Source of the DNA: an uncultured Chloroflexia bacterium
GTDB taxonomy: Bacteria; Chloroflexota; Limnocylindria; Limnocylindrales; CSP1-4
Assembly (NCBI GenBank): GCA_963829155.1
Contig: CAWHIA010000018.1
Span: 13,804-77,803, forward strand
Length of the DNA: 64,000 nt
Direction: 5' to 3'
Within the stretch, counting starts at the first letter, position 1. Every line of letters starts with the position of its first letter. Both the position numbers and the translations under genes were made by a program. Of the stretch, positions 17,574 through 31,754 are shown piece after piece. The notes under the pieces were generated by a model, which saw only the letters and a program-made list of their open reading frames with translations, was not told where the DNA came from and made no database searches.

Positions 17574-18124
17574 TGCGCGGCTACATCCCGGGGCTCGAGA
17601 CGCCCCACCCGCTCGGGCCGGCGCTCCCGGCCCTGTACCAGGACGACGACTTCGTCCAGCGGATGCTCGACGGGCTCGACGCGGTCGTGGCGCCGGTGTT
17701 CACCACGATCGACAACTTCGACTCGTACCTCGACCCCAGCCTCACGCCCGACGACTTCCTCGCCTGGCTCGCCGGCTGGGTGGGGATCGCGCTGGACGAG
17801 GGCTGGGACGAGGCCCGCCGCCGGGCGATCGTCGCGCGTGCCGTGGAGCTGTACCGGCTCCGGGGGACGGCGGCTGGGCTGGCCGGCCAGGTCGAGATCC
17901 AGACCGGCGGGACGGTCGAGATCGTCGAGAACGGGGCAACCGGGTGGTCCGTGGACCCGGGCGGCGAGCTGCCGGGGTCGGCCGACCCGCTCGTCGTCGT
18001 GCGGGTGACCGTGCCCGACCCGAAGGCGATCGACGCCCAGCAGCTGGACACGCTCGTCGCCACGGCCAAGCCGGCCCACGTGATGCACCGGATCGAGATC
18101 GTCAAGGGCGCCGCGAAGGCTTGA
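17573..18124 (+). CDS. Phage tail protein I-like baseplate protein (Afp12-like)
   Basis: The ATG at 17573 overlaps the upstream stop (TGATG). The protein reads MRGYIPGLETPHPLGPALPALYQDDDFVQRMLDGLD...LAWLAGWVGIALDEGWDEARRRAIVARAVELYRLRGT, which is P2 gpI-like. Confidence 0.85.
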   Translation: MRGYIPGLETPHPLGPALPALYQDDDFVQRMLDGLDAVVAPVFTTIDNFDSYLDPSLTPDDFLAWLAGWVGIALDEGWDEARRRAIVARAVELYRLRGTAAGLAGQVEIQTGGTVEIVENGATGWSVDPGGELPGSADPLVVVRVTVPDPKAIDAQQLDTLVATAKPAHVMHRIEIVKGAAKA

Positions 18125-18201
18125 CGTCTGTCCCGTCGCCGTCGCTTCCCCGCTCGTGTCGCTCCTGCCCGCGCGCCCTCGTCTGGCCTCCCGCACGCCC
18201 G

Positions 18202-18364
18202 CGTGCGTCGCACGCACGATTTCGCGTCATCGCGACGGCGTCCGTGCGTCGCACGCACCACCACGACATCGAATTCGACGGAATCCGGCCCGATTCGGAC
18301 CAAACCCGTGCGTGGCACGCACGGTCTCGTCCTTCGTGACCGGAATTGGTGCGTCGCACGCACG
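18202..18364. repeat. Composite intergenic element, copy A: four CGTGCG-N5-CGCACG palindromes spaced 41/64/41 nt
   Basis: The motifs lie at 18202-18218 (CGTGCGTCGCACGCACG), 18243-18259, 18307-18323 (CGTGCGTGGCACGCACG) and 18348-18364. A second copy with the same spacing lies at 35408-35569. Confidence 0.65.
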
Positions 18365-18484
18365 AATCGACCGGCCGGCCTACCCGATCGTCACCCTGCG
18401 ATTGAGGCCAACGGCGGCTCCCGCACGCCCGGCGACCCGTCTATCCTCTGCCCGACCCTCGCTGGACGGTGGAGAGTGGGCTGA

Positions 18485-21177
<2,693 letters not shown>

Positions 21178-21370
21178 GCCTGTCTCCCCGCGCCGCGGAC
21201 CGCTGAGCGGACCACCGGGCGCACGAGGCGACCAACGGGCCGCCGAGCGAACCGGTAGATGCACGGGAGCCCACGTCCTGCGATGGACGGGCCGCTGAGC
21301 GAACGGAACGTGCGGCCGCGCCACCAGTGGGCCGGCCATCGAACCAGCCCATGGACGGCGGCAGCCGGGA

Positions 21371-24300
21371 TCAGGCGTGCCCGGCGTGGCCCATGGAGGC
21401 CGATGGAGCGGCGCCCACGCCGAGCCCCTCGAGGATCGCCGCGTACTCGCGCCGGTCCCGGCTCGCCGCCCCGGTGTCGCCGGCCCGGTCCCGTGCCTCG
21501 ATGAGCATCCGCCACAGCGAATCCTGGTACCGGTCGATCTCGAGCCCGAAGCGGCACGCCCGGACGGCCGTCCCGAAGTCGCCGGCCAGCATCGACTCGG
21601 ACGCCAGCTCGCCCGCGGCCTCGACCGCCGCCTCCCGGTAGTGATCGCGCCGGCTGACGATCCACTCCGCCGGGCCTTCCTCGGGCAGGAGCTCGCCCCC
21701 GTACAGCTCGAGCGCGAGCGCGTACGCGGCCGAGGCGACCTCGCCCCGCGATCGCGCCGACCGGCCCTCGGCCATCGCGCGATCGAACCGCCCGACGTCG
21801 ACCGTCTCGGAAACCACGTCCAGCCGGTACGCGTCGCCCTCGCGGGCCACGAGCGAGGCACCGATGGGCGCGCCCACCTCGTCCAGCCAGCGCCGCAGCG
21901 CGGACAGCGCAACGTGCAGGCTCCGGGCGCCGGCCGCGGCGTCGGCCTCGGACCACAGCGCGTCCTGGATGACCTCGCGGTGGACCGCGGCACCCGCGTG
22001 GACCGCGAGCAGCCGCAGCAGGCTCCGGACGCGCGGCTTGGCCCCGTCGAGGAAGATGCGGCGTCCGTCGACGTCCAGCGCGAAGCCCCCGAGGGTGCGG
22101 ATCCTGACGGTGGTCTCAGCCGAATGCCGGGCGCCGTTCGCGCCATTCGCGCCGATCGCGCCGGTTGCGCCGTTCAGTCCAGCGCCGGACACGGACCCGG
22201 AATCCCCCGCCAAGACCGCGACCGCCTCGCGACGAGCCGGGTCCTCCGCCGCAACCGTGACAGCCTGCGCCCGGGGCACGACGAGCCCCGTCTCGGCCGC
22301 CACCGTCTCCGCGAGCAGCGCGTACTCCGCGCCACGCACCTCGTCCACGTCCGCCAGCGCCGCGTAGGCGTACATCCGAGCGGGCTGCGACCCGGCCGCG
22401 CGACCCGCCGACTCCGCGCCCAGCGCGGCGTCGCGGGCGTCCGGCGTCCCGAGGCTCGCGGACGCGAGCGCCGCCAGGCCGCGGGCCCAGGCCTCGAGCA
22501 CCCCCGCGCCCAGGCGCCGGAACCCGGCCGTGGCCGTGTCGGCCCGCGCGAGGCGCCGTTCCGGATCGGCGGACGCGGCCCAGGCCTCGGCGAGGTCGAG
22601 GAGCGCCTGCCCCCAGGCATCCTGCGCGAGGTCGGCCTCCACGTTTCCGGCCGGGTCCGCCCCCGCCCACTGCGGATCGAGCCGCATCGCCAGCGATCGC
22701 CCGAGGCGCGCGAGCCACGGTGACCCGGCCCGTTCCGCCTCCTCGACGGCCCGGTCCATCGCCCGCGCGTCCCAGTCCCGGCCCCCGAGACGGGCGGCGA
22801 CCACCGCCCCGAGCCGGGCCGCCGCACAGGCGACCGCGCCGGCCTCGCCCGCGTCGGCAGCCCCCTCGAGCATCCGCTGGGCGGTCGCGACCTCGCCCGC
22901 CGCCAGGTGGAGCAGGCCGCGCGCTACGGGCGCCGACGAGTCGTCGAGCCGCGCGGCGTCGCGGGCGCTCAGCACCGGCTCGCGGACGAGCCCGGTCCGC
23001 AGCGTGCCGACCGCGTCGGGCGTGGGCATCGCGACCGGATCGAGCCAGGCTGCGATGCGCTGGCGTTCGCGGCGCGGCGCATCGGCGGCCCGCGCCGGGC
23101 CGAACGCGGCCTCGGCCCGCACGTAGCCGTCGATCGCCGATGACCAGCGGCCGTCGTTGCGCGCCCGGCGGGCGGCGGCCAGGGCCACCCACGGGTCGTG
23201 GCGCTCGATGGCGGGCGGCACGGCGTCGACCCAGCCGCTCTGCTCGGTCGCCGCGAGCCGCTCCCCCTGCCCGCCGAGGAGGCGCCGGACGGCGTCCCAG
23301 TCCTCCGCCCGGCAGTAGGCACGAAGGGCCTCCGGGAGGGCGCCATCGGCCTCGAGCACCGAACCCGCCTTCGCGTGCCTGGCGCGGGCCTCGGCCTCGC
23401 CGATCGCCTCGACCAGCATCCGGTCGAGGTGCTGGCGGAGGACCTCGTGATAGCGGAACGCGTCCTCGGCGTCCTCGACGCGGCACCGTGAACACGCTCC
23501 GGCGGGCCAGCTCGTCGAGCAGCGCGCCGCTGCCTGTCGTCCCCCGCAGGCGATCGCACAGCGGCCCCGACAGCCGGCCCAGCACGCAGGTGTCGACGAG
23601 GAACTCGCGCAGGTCCTCCGGCAGCCCGAACAGCACGTTCTGCGCGAGGTACTCGCGCAGCAGCCGGCCGCTCATCTCGGCGCCGCTCAGCACGCGCCGT
23701 CGCTCGTCGGCGGACCGGCCGCGGGTCGCGAGGTGGAACAGCTGCAGGCCGGCCGCCCAGCCCTCGGTCCGGCGGGCCAGCACCGCGAGGTCGCCCGGCA
23801 GCACCGGGTCGTGGTAGACGTCGCGGAACAGCTGCTCGACCTCCCAGGCGCGGAAGCGCAGGTCGTCCGGCCCGAGCTCGAGCAGCTCGCCGGACACGCG
23901 GAGGCGGGGAAGGTTGATCGAGGGCGGCACGCGGCTGGCGACGATCACCGCCAGCCACTCGGGGGCGTAGTCCACGAGGCGCCCGAGCGCGGCTTCGGCG
24001 GCGGTCCCCTCGAGCGCGTGGCCGTCGTCGATGACGAGGGCCGCCGCGGGCTCGGGTCGGGCGTCGAGCGCCTTCGCGACGTCCTCGATGCTCGCCCAGC
24101 CGCCGGGCAGGTCCGGCAGCACGGACCGCAGCGCGGCCTCGAGATGGCGCACGAACGATGTTTCGTCGGCGTCCCACGTCTCGGCGCGGTACCAGCCCAC
24201 CGGGACGGTCGCCTGGGCGGCGAATCGAGCCAGGAGGGTCGTCTTCCCCGACCCGGCAGGCGCAACGACCAGCGTCAGGCGGTGCCGCCAAGCGTCGAGG

Positions 24301-24431
24301 AGCCGCGCCTCGAGTCGCTCGCGCGGCAGGGCGTCCGGAGACGGCACCCGGATCTTCGCGGGTACCACGAGCGGCACGGCGATCCGCGCCGCGCGCTGCC
24401 CGTCTCGAGCCGGACGTTGCCCGTCTCGCAA
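21371..24431 (-). pseudogene. Large STAND-type transcriptional regulator: MalT/LAL-like N-terminal ATPase, helical repeats and a C-terminal SARP module (OmpR-type wHTH + BTAD); one frame break
   Basis: The N-terminal part lies in ORF 22116..24431: ...LTLVVAPAGSGKTTLLARF...VIDDGHAL...GWAAGLQLF...LLDELARRSVFTV. The text continues in the frame of ORF 21371..23419: (V)EDAEDAFRYHEVLRQHLDRMLVE... The C-terminus reads VRIRTLGGFALDVDGRRIFLDG.KPRVRSLLRLLAVH....LHVALSALRRWLD...YRLDV..VDVGRFDRA... (BTAD). One extra base lies near 23478-23485. The start is uncertain: TTG 24431 or GTG ~24377. Confidence 0.8.
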
Positions 24432-24543
24432 TCGCCGCCCTCCACCCTCGAGTCCCCGGTCGGCGGGGCCCGACTATCCTGCACCGCGTTGTCGCACGGG
24501 TCCACCCCGGTCGGCCGATTCCGGACCGATCCGATGGTCCCTG

Positions 24544-26007
24544 TTACCTCCAGTCGGCCTGGCCGTTCGATGCGCCGTCGACGCCGAACTCGTCGATCTG
24601 CGCACCGGTCGCCGCGTCGACGATCACGATCATCGAGCCGGCGTTGCCGCGGGTCAGCGCGATGAGCGCCGAGTCGGGCGACCAGGTCGGGTCGCTCACG
24701 TCGGTGTCGAACGAGCCGACCTGGGTCATGTCGCTGCCGTCGGCGTTGGCGACGAACAGCTGCTTCTGCGCGTTGGCGTTGTCCCGGCGCGTGAACGCGA
24801 GCTTCTCGCCGTCGGGCGAGAACGCCGGGTCGTCGAACACCCCGTTGCCCAGCTTCAGCGCCACCTGGCCGTTCCCGTTCGGCCGCATCGTGAACAGGTG
24901 CGCGTCGCCGTTGCGCTCGGACACGAACACGATCCTGTTGCCGTCCGGGGACCAGGCCGGGTCCCAGTCGTCCGCCGGGCTGTCGACCAGCAGGTTCTCG
25001 GTGGTCGTCGCCTCGTACACGCGCGAGTAGATGTCGAGGTTCTTGTTCTGGGTGTGGTCGCGCGTCGAGGAGAACACGATCGTGCCGCCGTCGGGCGACC
25101 AGGCCGGGTTGCGGTCGACGTCGTGGTGGGTGAAGTCGAACACGCTGGCCGGGCCGCCGTTGTCCTTGACGACGCGCAGCCCCTCGTCGGGCGTCCCGCC
25201 GTTGGGGCTGTAGGGCGGAATGTTGTCGATGTAGACGATCCGCTTCCCGTCCGGGTCCCAGGCCGGCTCGGACTGGTCGCCCTTGCCGCCGGCGAGCTTC
25301 TCGATGTCGCCCGTGTCGGCGGACCAGACCATCACGTCGCTGTTGGCGTTCTTGCGCGCCTGAAACGCGATCCGGCCCGTCGGGACAGGGGGTGCCGGCG
25401 TGACCTCCGAGCTTGGCGACGGCGACTCCACCGCACCCGAGGCGGACGCAGCGGGCGATGCGCTCGCCTCGATCGAGGGCGGGTTGCTCGCGACGACGGC
25501 GGACGGCACCTCGGTGATCGCGGCCTCGGACGAGGGCGCCGGCGATCCCTTGGGCAGCAGGACGAAGGCGAGGATCGCGAGCAGGGCGACCGCGCCGATG
25601 GCGCCCGCGATCGCGACCGGCGGGATGCTGCGCGACGTGGGCGGCGCGGCGACGACCTGGTCGCTCGCCGCGACGACCGGGGCGAGCTCGGTCGCGCAGC
25701 GCGAGCAGTAGACGCGGGTCGGGTCGTTGGCCTGGCCGCAGTTGGGACAGATGATCGAGCCCGGCGGGGCCGTCTCCGCAGTCGCGGCGGTAGACGTGAC
25801 GATCGCCGTCGTGTCGCCGGTCGAGGCGTCCCCGCTGGGCGCTCCCGAGGCCCCGGTCGGGCCGGGCGGCGGTCCATCGGCGGCCTGGGGCTGGGTCGAG
25901 CCGTCGGGCTGGACGGCCTCGCCGCTCCACTCGAGGAACGAGCCGCAGGTGCCGCAGAAGGTCGCACCCTGCTCGTTCGTCGCGCCGCAGACCTTGCAGA
26001 CGATCAA
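24544..26007 (-). CDS. Double zinc-ribbon single-pass membrane protein with TolB-like (PD40 repeat) beta-propeller ectodomain
   Basis: A GGGGAGGG RBS precedes the TTG start at 26007. The protein begins MIVCKVCGATNEQGATFCGTCGSFLEW. A second ribbon follows (IICPNCGQANDPTRVYCSRCA), then the TM segment VAIAGAIGAVALLAILAFVLL. Repeated ...PAWSPDG..IVF... PD40-type blades complete it. Confidence 0.85.
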   Translation of the reverse strand: MIVCKVCGATNEQGATFCGTCGSFLEWSGEAVQPDGSTQPQAADGPPPGPTGASGAPSGDASTGDTTAIVTSTAATAETAPPGSIICPNCGQANDPTRVYCSRCATELAPVVAASDQVVAAPPTSRSIPPVAIAGAIGAVALLAILAFVLLPKGSPAPSSEAAITEVPSAVVASNPPSIEASASPAASASGAVESPSPSSEVTPAPPVPTGRIAFQARKNANSDVMVWSADTGDIEKLAGGKGDQSEPAWDPDGKRIVYIDNIPPYSPNGGTPDEGLRVVKDNGGPASVFDFTHHDVDRNPAWSPDGGTIVFSSTRDHTQNKNLDIYSRVYEATTTENLLVDSPADDWDPAWSPDGNRIVFVSERNGDAHLFTMRPNGNGQVALKLGNGVFDDPAFSPDGEKLAFTRRDNANAQKQLFVANADGSDMTQVGSFDTDVSDPTWSPDSALIALTRGNAGSMIVIVDAATGAQIDEFGVDGASNGQADWR

Positions 26008-26129
26008 ACCCGCCCTCCCCGTTGTCGACAGGAGGGCCAGTCTAACCGGGACGACGCGCCGGCAGGCGGACGGCCGACCGGCCGGGACGGGAGGTCGCCG
26101 GCCCTGCCCGTCCGCGTAGACTGCCCCGG

Positions 26130-27704
26130 ATGAGCGCAGTCACCTCGCTGTCCCGCAACGATCCGACGGTCGACCCGGGCGGCCAGGCCGCGGTGTCGGT
26201 CAAAGTCCGCAACGCGGGGTCGATCGTCGACCGGTTCGACGTCGACATCGTCGGTCCCTCTGCGGGCTGGGCCCGCGTGGATCCGCCCTCCCTGTCGCTG
26301 TTCCCCGGCGTCGAGGGCACCGTGACGATCACGTGGGCGCCGCCGAAGGCGAGCAGCCCGCGAGCCGGCGTCTACCCGTTCGGGATCCGCGTCCGGCCGG
26401 CGGCAGACCCGAGCGGCTCGACGGTCGAGGAGGGCAAGATCGCGGTCACGCCGTTCACGAGCGTGGCCGCCGATATCGTGCCCGTGACATCGCGCGGCAG
26501 CCGCACCGGCCGGCACCAGGTCGTCGTCGCCAACCGCGGCAACGCCTCGTCCGAGGTGGCCGTCACGGCCGAGGACCCCGACGCGCGACTCAGGCTGATG
26601 GTCCAGCCGCCACGATCGGTGGTCGCGCCCGACGCCAAGGTCGCGTTCGCCATCCGCGTCGACGTCGACGACCCGTTCCCGTTCGGGCCCGAGCGCCAGC
26701 GTCCGTTCCAGGTCAGCGTCACGGCTGGACGACAGGCGCCGATCGCCCTCCGCGGCGTGCTCACGCAACGCCCGGGGCTGCCCGGCTGGATCCCGCCGGT
26801 CGCCGGTGTGATCGGGCTCGTCGCGCTGCTGTCGATCGGCGCCTTCCTCGCCAAGGCCGGGCCGTTCGCGCCCGAGGCCACGCCGGCTCCGTCGATCGCG
26901 CAGGCCTCCGCCCCGCCGTCGGCCGCGGCGCCGTCGCAGGCCGCGCCATCGCAGCCGGCCTCGGCCGAGGCCCCGTCCCAGCCGCCGACCGCCGCGGCCT
27001 CGCCGACGCCGCCGCCCTCCCCCACCGCGCCCCAGAACGAGATTCGCTTCCAGGGCTTCGAGCTCGAGGACCTCGGCCTGCGCGCCGATCCACCCGCCGC
27101 GAAGCGGCAGCCGCTGATCGCCTTCAACACCGACGGCCCGGGCGACGTCGTCCTCACGATGACCCGGAACGACGGCAACAACGGGGTCCCCGTGCGGCTG
27201 TGCCTGGTCCCCGACGGCGGCGACCGTGTCTGCCAGGAGCTCACGGCCCCGGGCGCGGTCACCGCGCCCAACGACCAGGCCGGGACGCGGGCGTGGACCG
27301 CGTTCGCCCGGCCGACCGCCGAGAACAGCGCCCCGTTCGTCGACCTCACGCTGACGTTCTTCGCCAACTCGCGATCGGTCACCTGGACCGACAACGCCGA
27401 GCTCGCGGGCGACGTGACGAGCGCAACGCCCGGCTACTACGGCTTCAACGCGATCATCCGCGCGCCGGCGACGCCGAGCCTGCTGTCCATCACCACGACC
27501 TTCGTCGAGCAGCCCGCGAACTTCGCGTGGGGCCAATGGGTCGTCGGCCAGCCCGAGCCGCCCCTGACCCAGGAGACAGGCCTCGCCAGCAAGACCGTGG
27601 GTCCGATCCCGCTCGCGCCGGGAACGTTCGTCCAGTTCCGGCACGTGGGCCAGTCGACGTTCGACGGCTCGCCGGTCACCTACTCGGTCGCGTTCACCTG
27701 GTAG
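26130..27704 (+). CDS. Membrane protein with two N-terminal Ig-like (CARDB/NEW3-like) domains, a TM helix, a Pro/Ala/Ser linker and a beta-rich C-terminal domain
   Basis: The intact 524 aa ORF is divergent from the TolB-type gene. It reads ...VDPGGQAAVSVKVRNAGSIVDRFDVDIVGP...WARVDPPSLSLFPG.EGTVTITW..., with a second similar module. The TM segment is IPPVAGVIGLVALLSIGAFLA. The domain calls rest on pattern only. Confidence 0.65.
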   Translation: MSAVTSLSRNDPTVDPGGQAAVSVKVRNAGSIVDRFDVDIVGPSAGWARVDPPSLSLFPGVEGTVTITWAPPKASSPRAGVYPFGIRVRPAADPSGSTVEEGKIAVTPFTSVAADIVPVTSRGSRTGRHQVVVANRGNASSEVAVTAEDPDARLRLMVQPPRSVVAPDAKVAFAIRVDVDDPFPFGPERQRPFQVSVTAGRQAPIALRGVLTQRPGLPGWIPPVAGVIGLVALLSIGAFLAKAGPFAPEATPAPSIAQASAPPSAAAPSQAAPSQPASAEAPSQPPTAAASPTPPPSPTAPQNEIRFQGFELEDLGLRADPPAAKRQPLIAFNTDGPGDVVLTMTRNDGNNGVPVRLCLVPDGGDRVCQELTAPGAVTAPNDQAGTRAWTAFARPTAENSAPFVDLTLTFFANSRSVTWTDNAELAGDVTSATPGYYGFNAIIRAPATPSLLSITTTFVEQPANFAWGQWVVGQPEPPLTQETGLASKTVGPIPLAPGTFVQFRHVGQSTFDGSPVTYSVAFTW

Positions 27705-27743
27705 AGCAGGCCCGGCCCGCGCGTCGGCGCTTGCCCGGGATCC

Positions 27744-30533
<2,790 letters not shown>

Positions 30534-30757
30534 CGGGACGAGCTCCTCGGAGTCGGGCGCCCACGCGTGGGCGGGCGCGGGTGGTGCATCGCTGAGGTGG
30601 CGATTGTACCCGCGTCCCCCGTCCGACCCGGGTTGCGGAACGGTGCCGGGAGAGGCCGATCGGCACCCATGGACCGTCCCTCCGGCCCCCGTCCGCGGGC
30701 CTGGACGCGCGGTACCATCCGCACGACGTCCGCCACGCCGGGAGAGCCCGTCCCTCG

Positions 30758-31642
30758 ATGACCGATCCCATCGCCGCGCCCACCGCCGCCCTCGAGATGC
30801 CTGCGCCGGCGCCGATCGTGCCCGATGCGCCGGTCTACAACGCGAGCCTCGTCCGCCGCGTCGACGAGACCGACTCGCTCGCCTACTTCTGGGTGCGCTT
30901 CGACGGCGAGCCCACGCCCTTCGAGGCCGGGCAGTACATGACGATCGGCGTGATGCAGGGCGAGAAGATCGTCCAGCGACCGTACTCGGTCGCCTCGCCG
31001 CCGGCCGTCGCCGGGACCGAGGGCTACGAGTTCTACGTGCGGCGCGTGCAGGGCGGGACGTTCACGCCGGTCCTGTTCGACCTCCCGGTCGGGCACCGGA
31101 TGCGGATGATCGGGCCCAAGGGCAAGTTCATGCTGCAGCCCGACGACGACCGGACGCACATCTTCATCTCGTCGGGCACGGGCAACGCTCCGTTCGTCTC
31201 GATGATGCGGCAGCTCCTGATCGACGGCCGCCCTCGGCCGGTCGTCTTCCTCAACGGCGTGTCGTACGCCAGCGAGCTCGGCTACCGCGAACGCGTCGAG
31301 GGCTGGGCACAGTCAGGCGAGTATCCGGTCACGTTCGTGCCGACCGTGTCACGTCCCCAGGACCCGTCCAACGCCGCCTGGATGGGCCGGACGGGCCGCG
31401 TGGAGATGATCCTGGCACCCGTGCTCGACGAGCTCGGCCTGACGCCGGCCAACTCGATCGCCTACATCTGCGGCAACCCGGACATGATCCTGTCCGCGGA
31501 GGAGACGCTGCTGGGCCGCGGCTACCCGGAGGACCAGGTCCACAAGGAGCTCTACTGGCCCAAGGGCAAGGAGCCCCGCGGGATGGCCGGTGCCGACCTG
31601 GCCACGGCGATGGCCGAAGCCGAGGCGAACGCCGACCAGTAG
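30758..31642 (+). CDS. Ferredoxin-NADP(+) reductase family oxidoreductase
   Basis: The 294 aa product has FAD- and NAD-binding motifs: ...GQYMTIG...RPYSVAS...YEFYVRRV.GG.FTP.L..., then IFISSGTGNAPFVSM and ...YICGNPDM. A GGAGAG RBS lies at 30741-30746. Confidence 0.8.
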   Translation: MTDPIAAPTAALEMPAPAPIVPDAPVYNASLVRRVDETDSLAYFWVRFDGEPTPFEAGQYMTIGVMQGEKIVQRPYSVASPPAVAGTEGYEFYVRRVQGGTFTPVLFDLPVGHRMRMIGPKGKFMLQPDDDRTHIFISSGTGNAPFVSMMRQLLIDGRPRPVVFLNGVSYASELGYRERVEGWAQSGEYPVTFVPTVSRPQDPSNAAWMGRTGRVEMILAPVLDELGLTPANSIAYICGNPDMILSAEETLLGRGYPEDQVHKELYWPKGKEPRGMAGADLATAMAEAEANADQ

Positions 31643-31754
31643 GATCGGGCTCAAGCCAACCACCCTGGGCCCACAGCTCCAAACGAAGGCTCTCGATGTC
31701 AGTGCGGACGAGGATCGTCCGAACCGTGGAGGCGTCGCGCTCGGAGGAGGAACG

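Noticed and set aside
1-18124. Prophage or mobile element interpretation of the phage-like genes.
   Set aside because: Only tail-module homologs are present, together with the CIS hallmarks (DUF4255, Afp15-type AAA+ ATPase, DUF4157). I saw no capsid, portal, terminase, integrase, att-like direct repeats or transposase.
18202-18364. Could the four 17-nt palindromes be a mini-CRISPR or a tRNA-like gene?
   Set aside because: There are only four units. The spacing is irregular but symmetric (41/64/41). The same spacing recurs at a second locus. There are no cas genes and no cloverleaf. I kept it as a structured repeat or operator array instead.
21197-21305. Three copies of G(G/A)(A/C)CCGC(T/C)GAGCG(G/A)AC(C/G) between the convergent zinc-ribbon and regulator genes.
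   Set aside because: The copies are short (about 17 nt) and imperfect, with irregular spacing (40 and 52 nt). They form no convincing hairpin. This could be chance in GC-rich DNA.
30560-30571. A perfect 12-bp palindrome, CCCACGCGTGGG, lies about 30 nt upstream of the ppdK start.
   Set aside because: It is a single occurrence of a GC-rich palindrome and nothing else supports a regulatory role.
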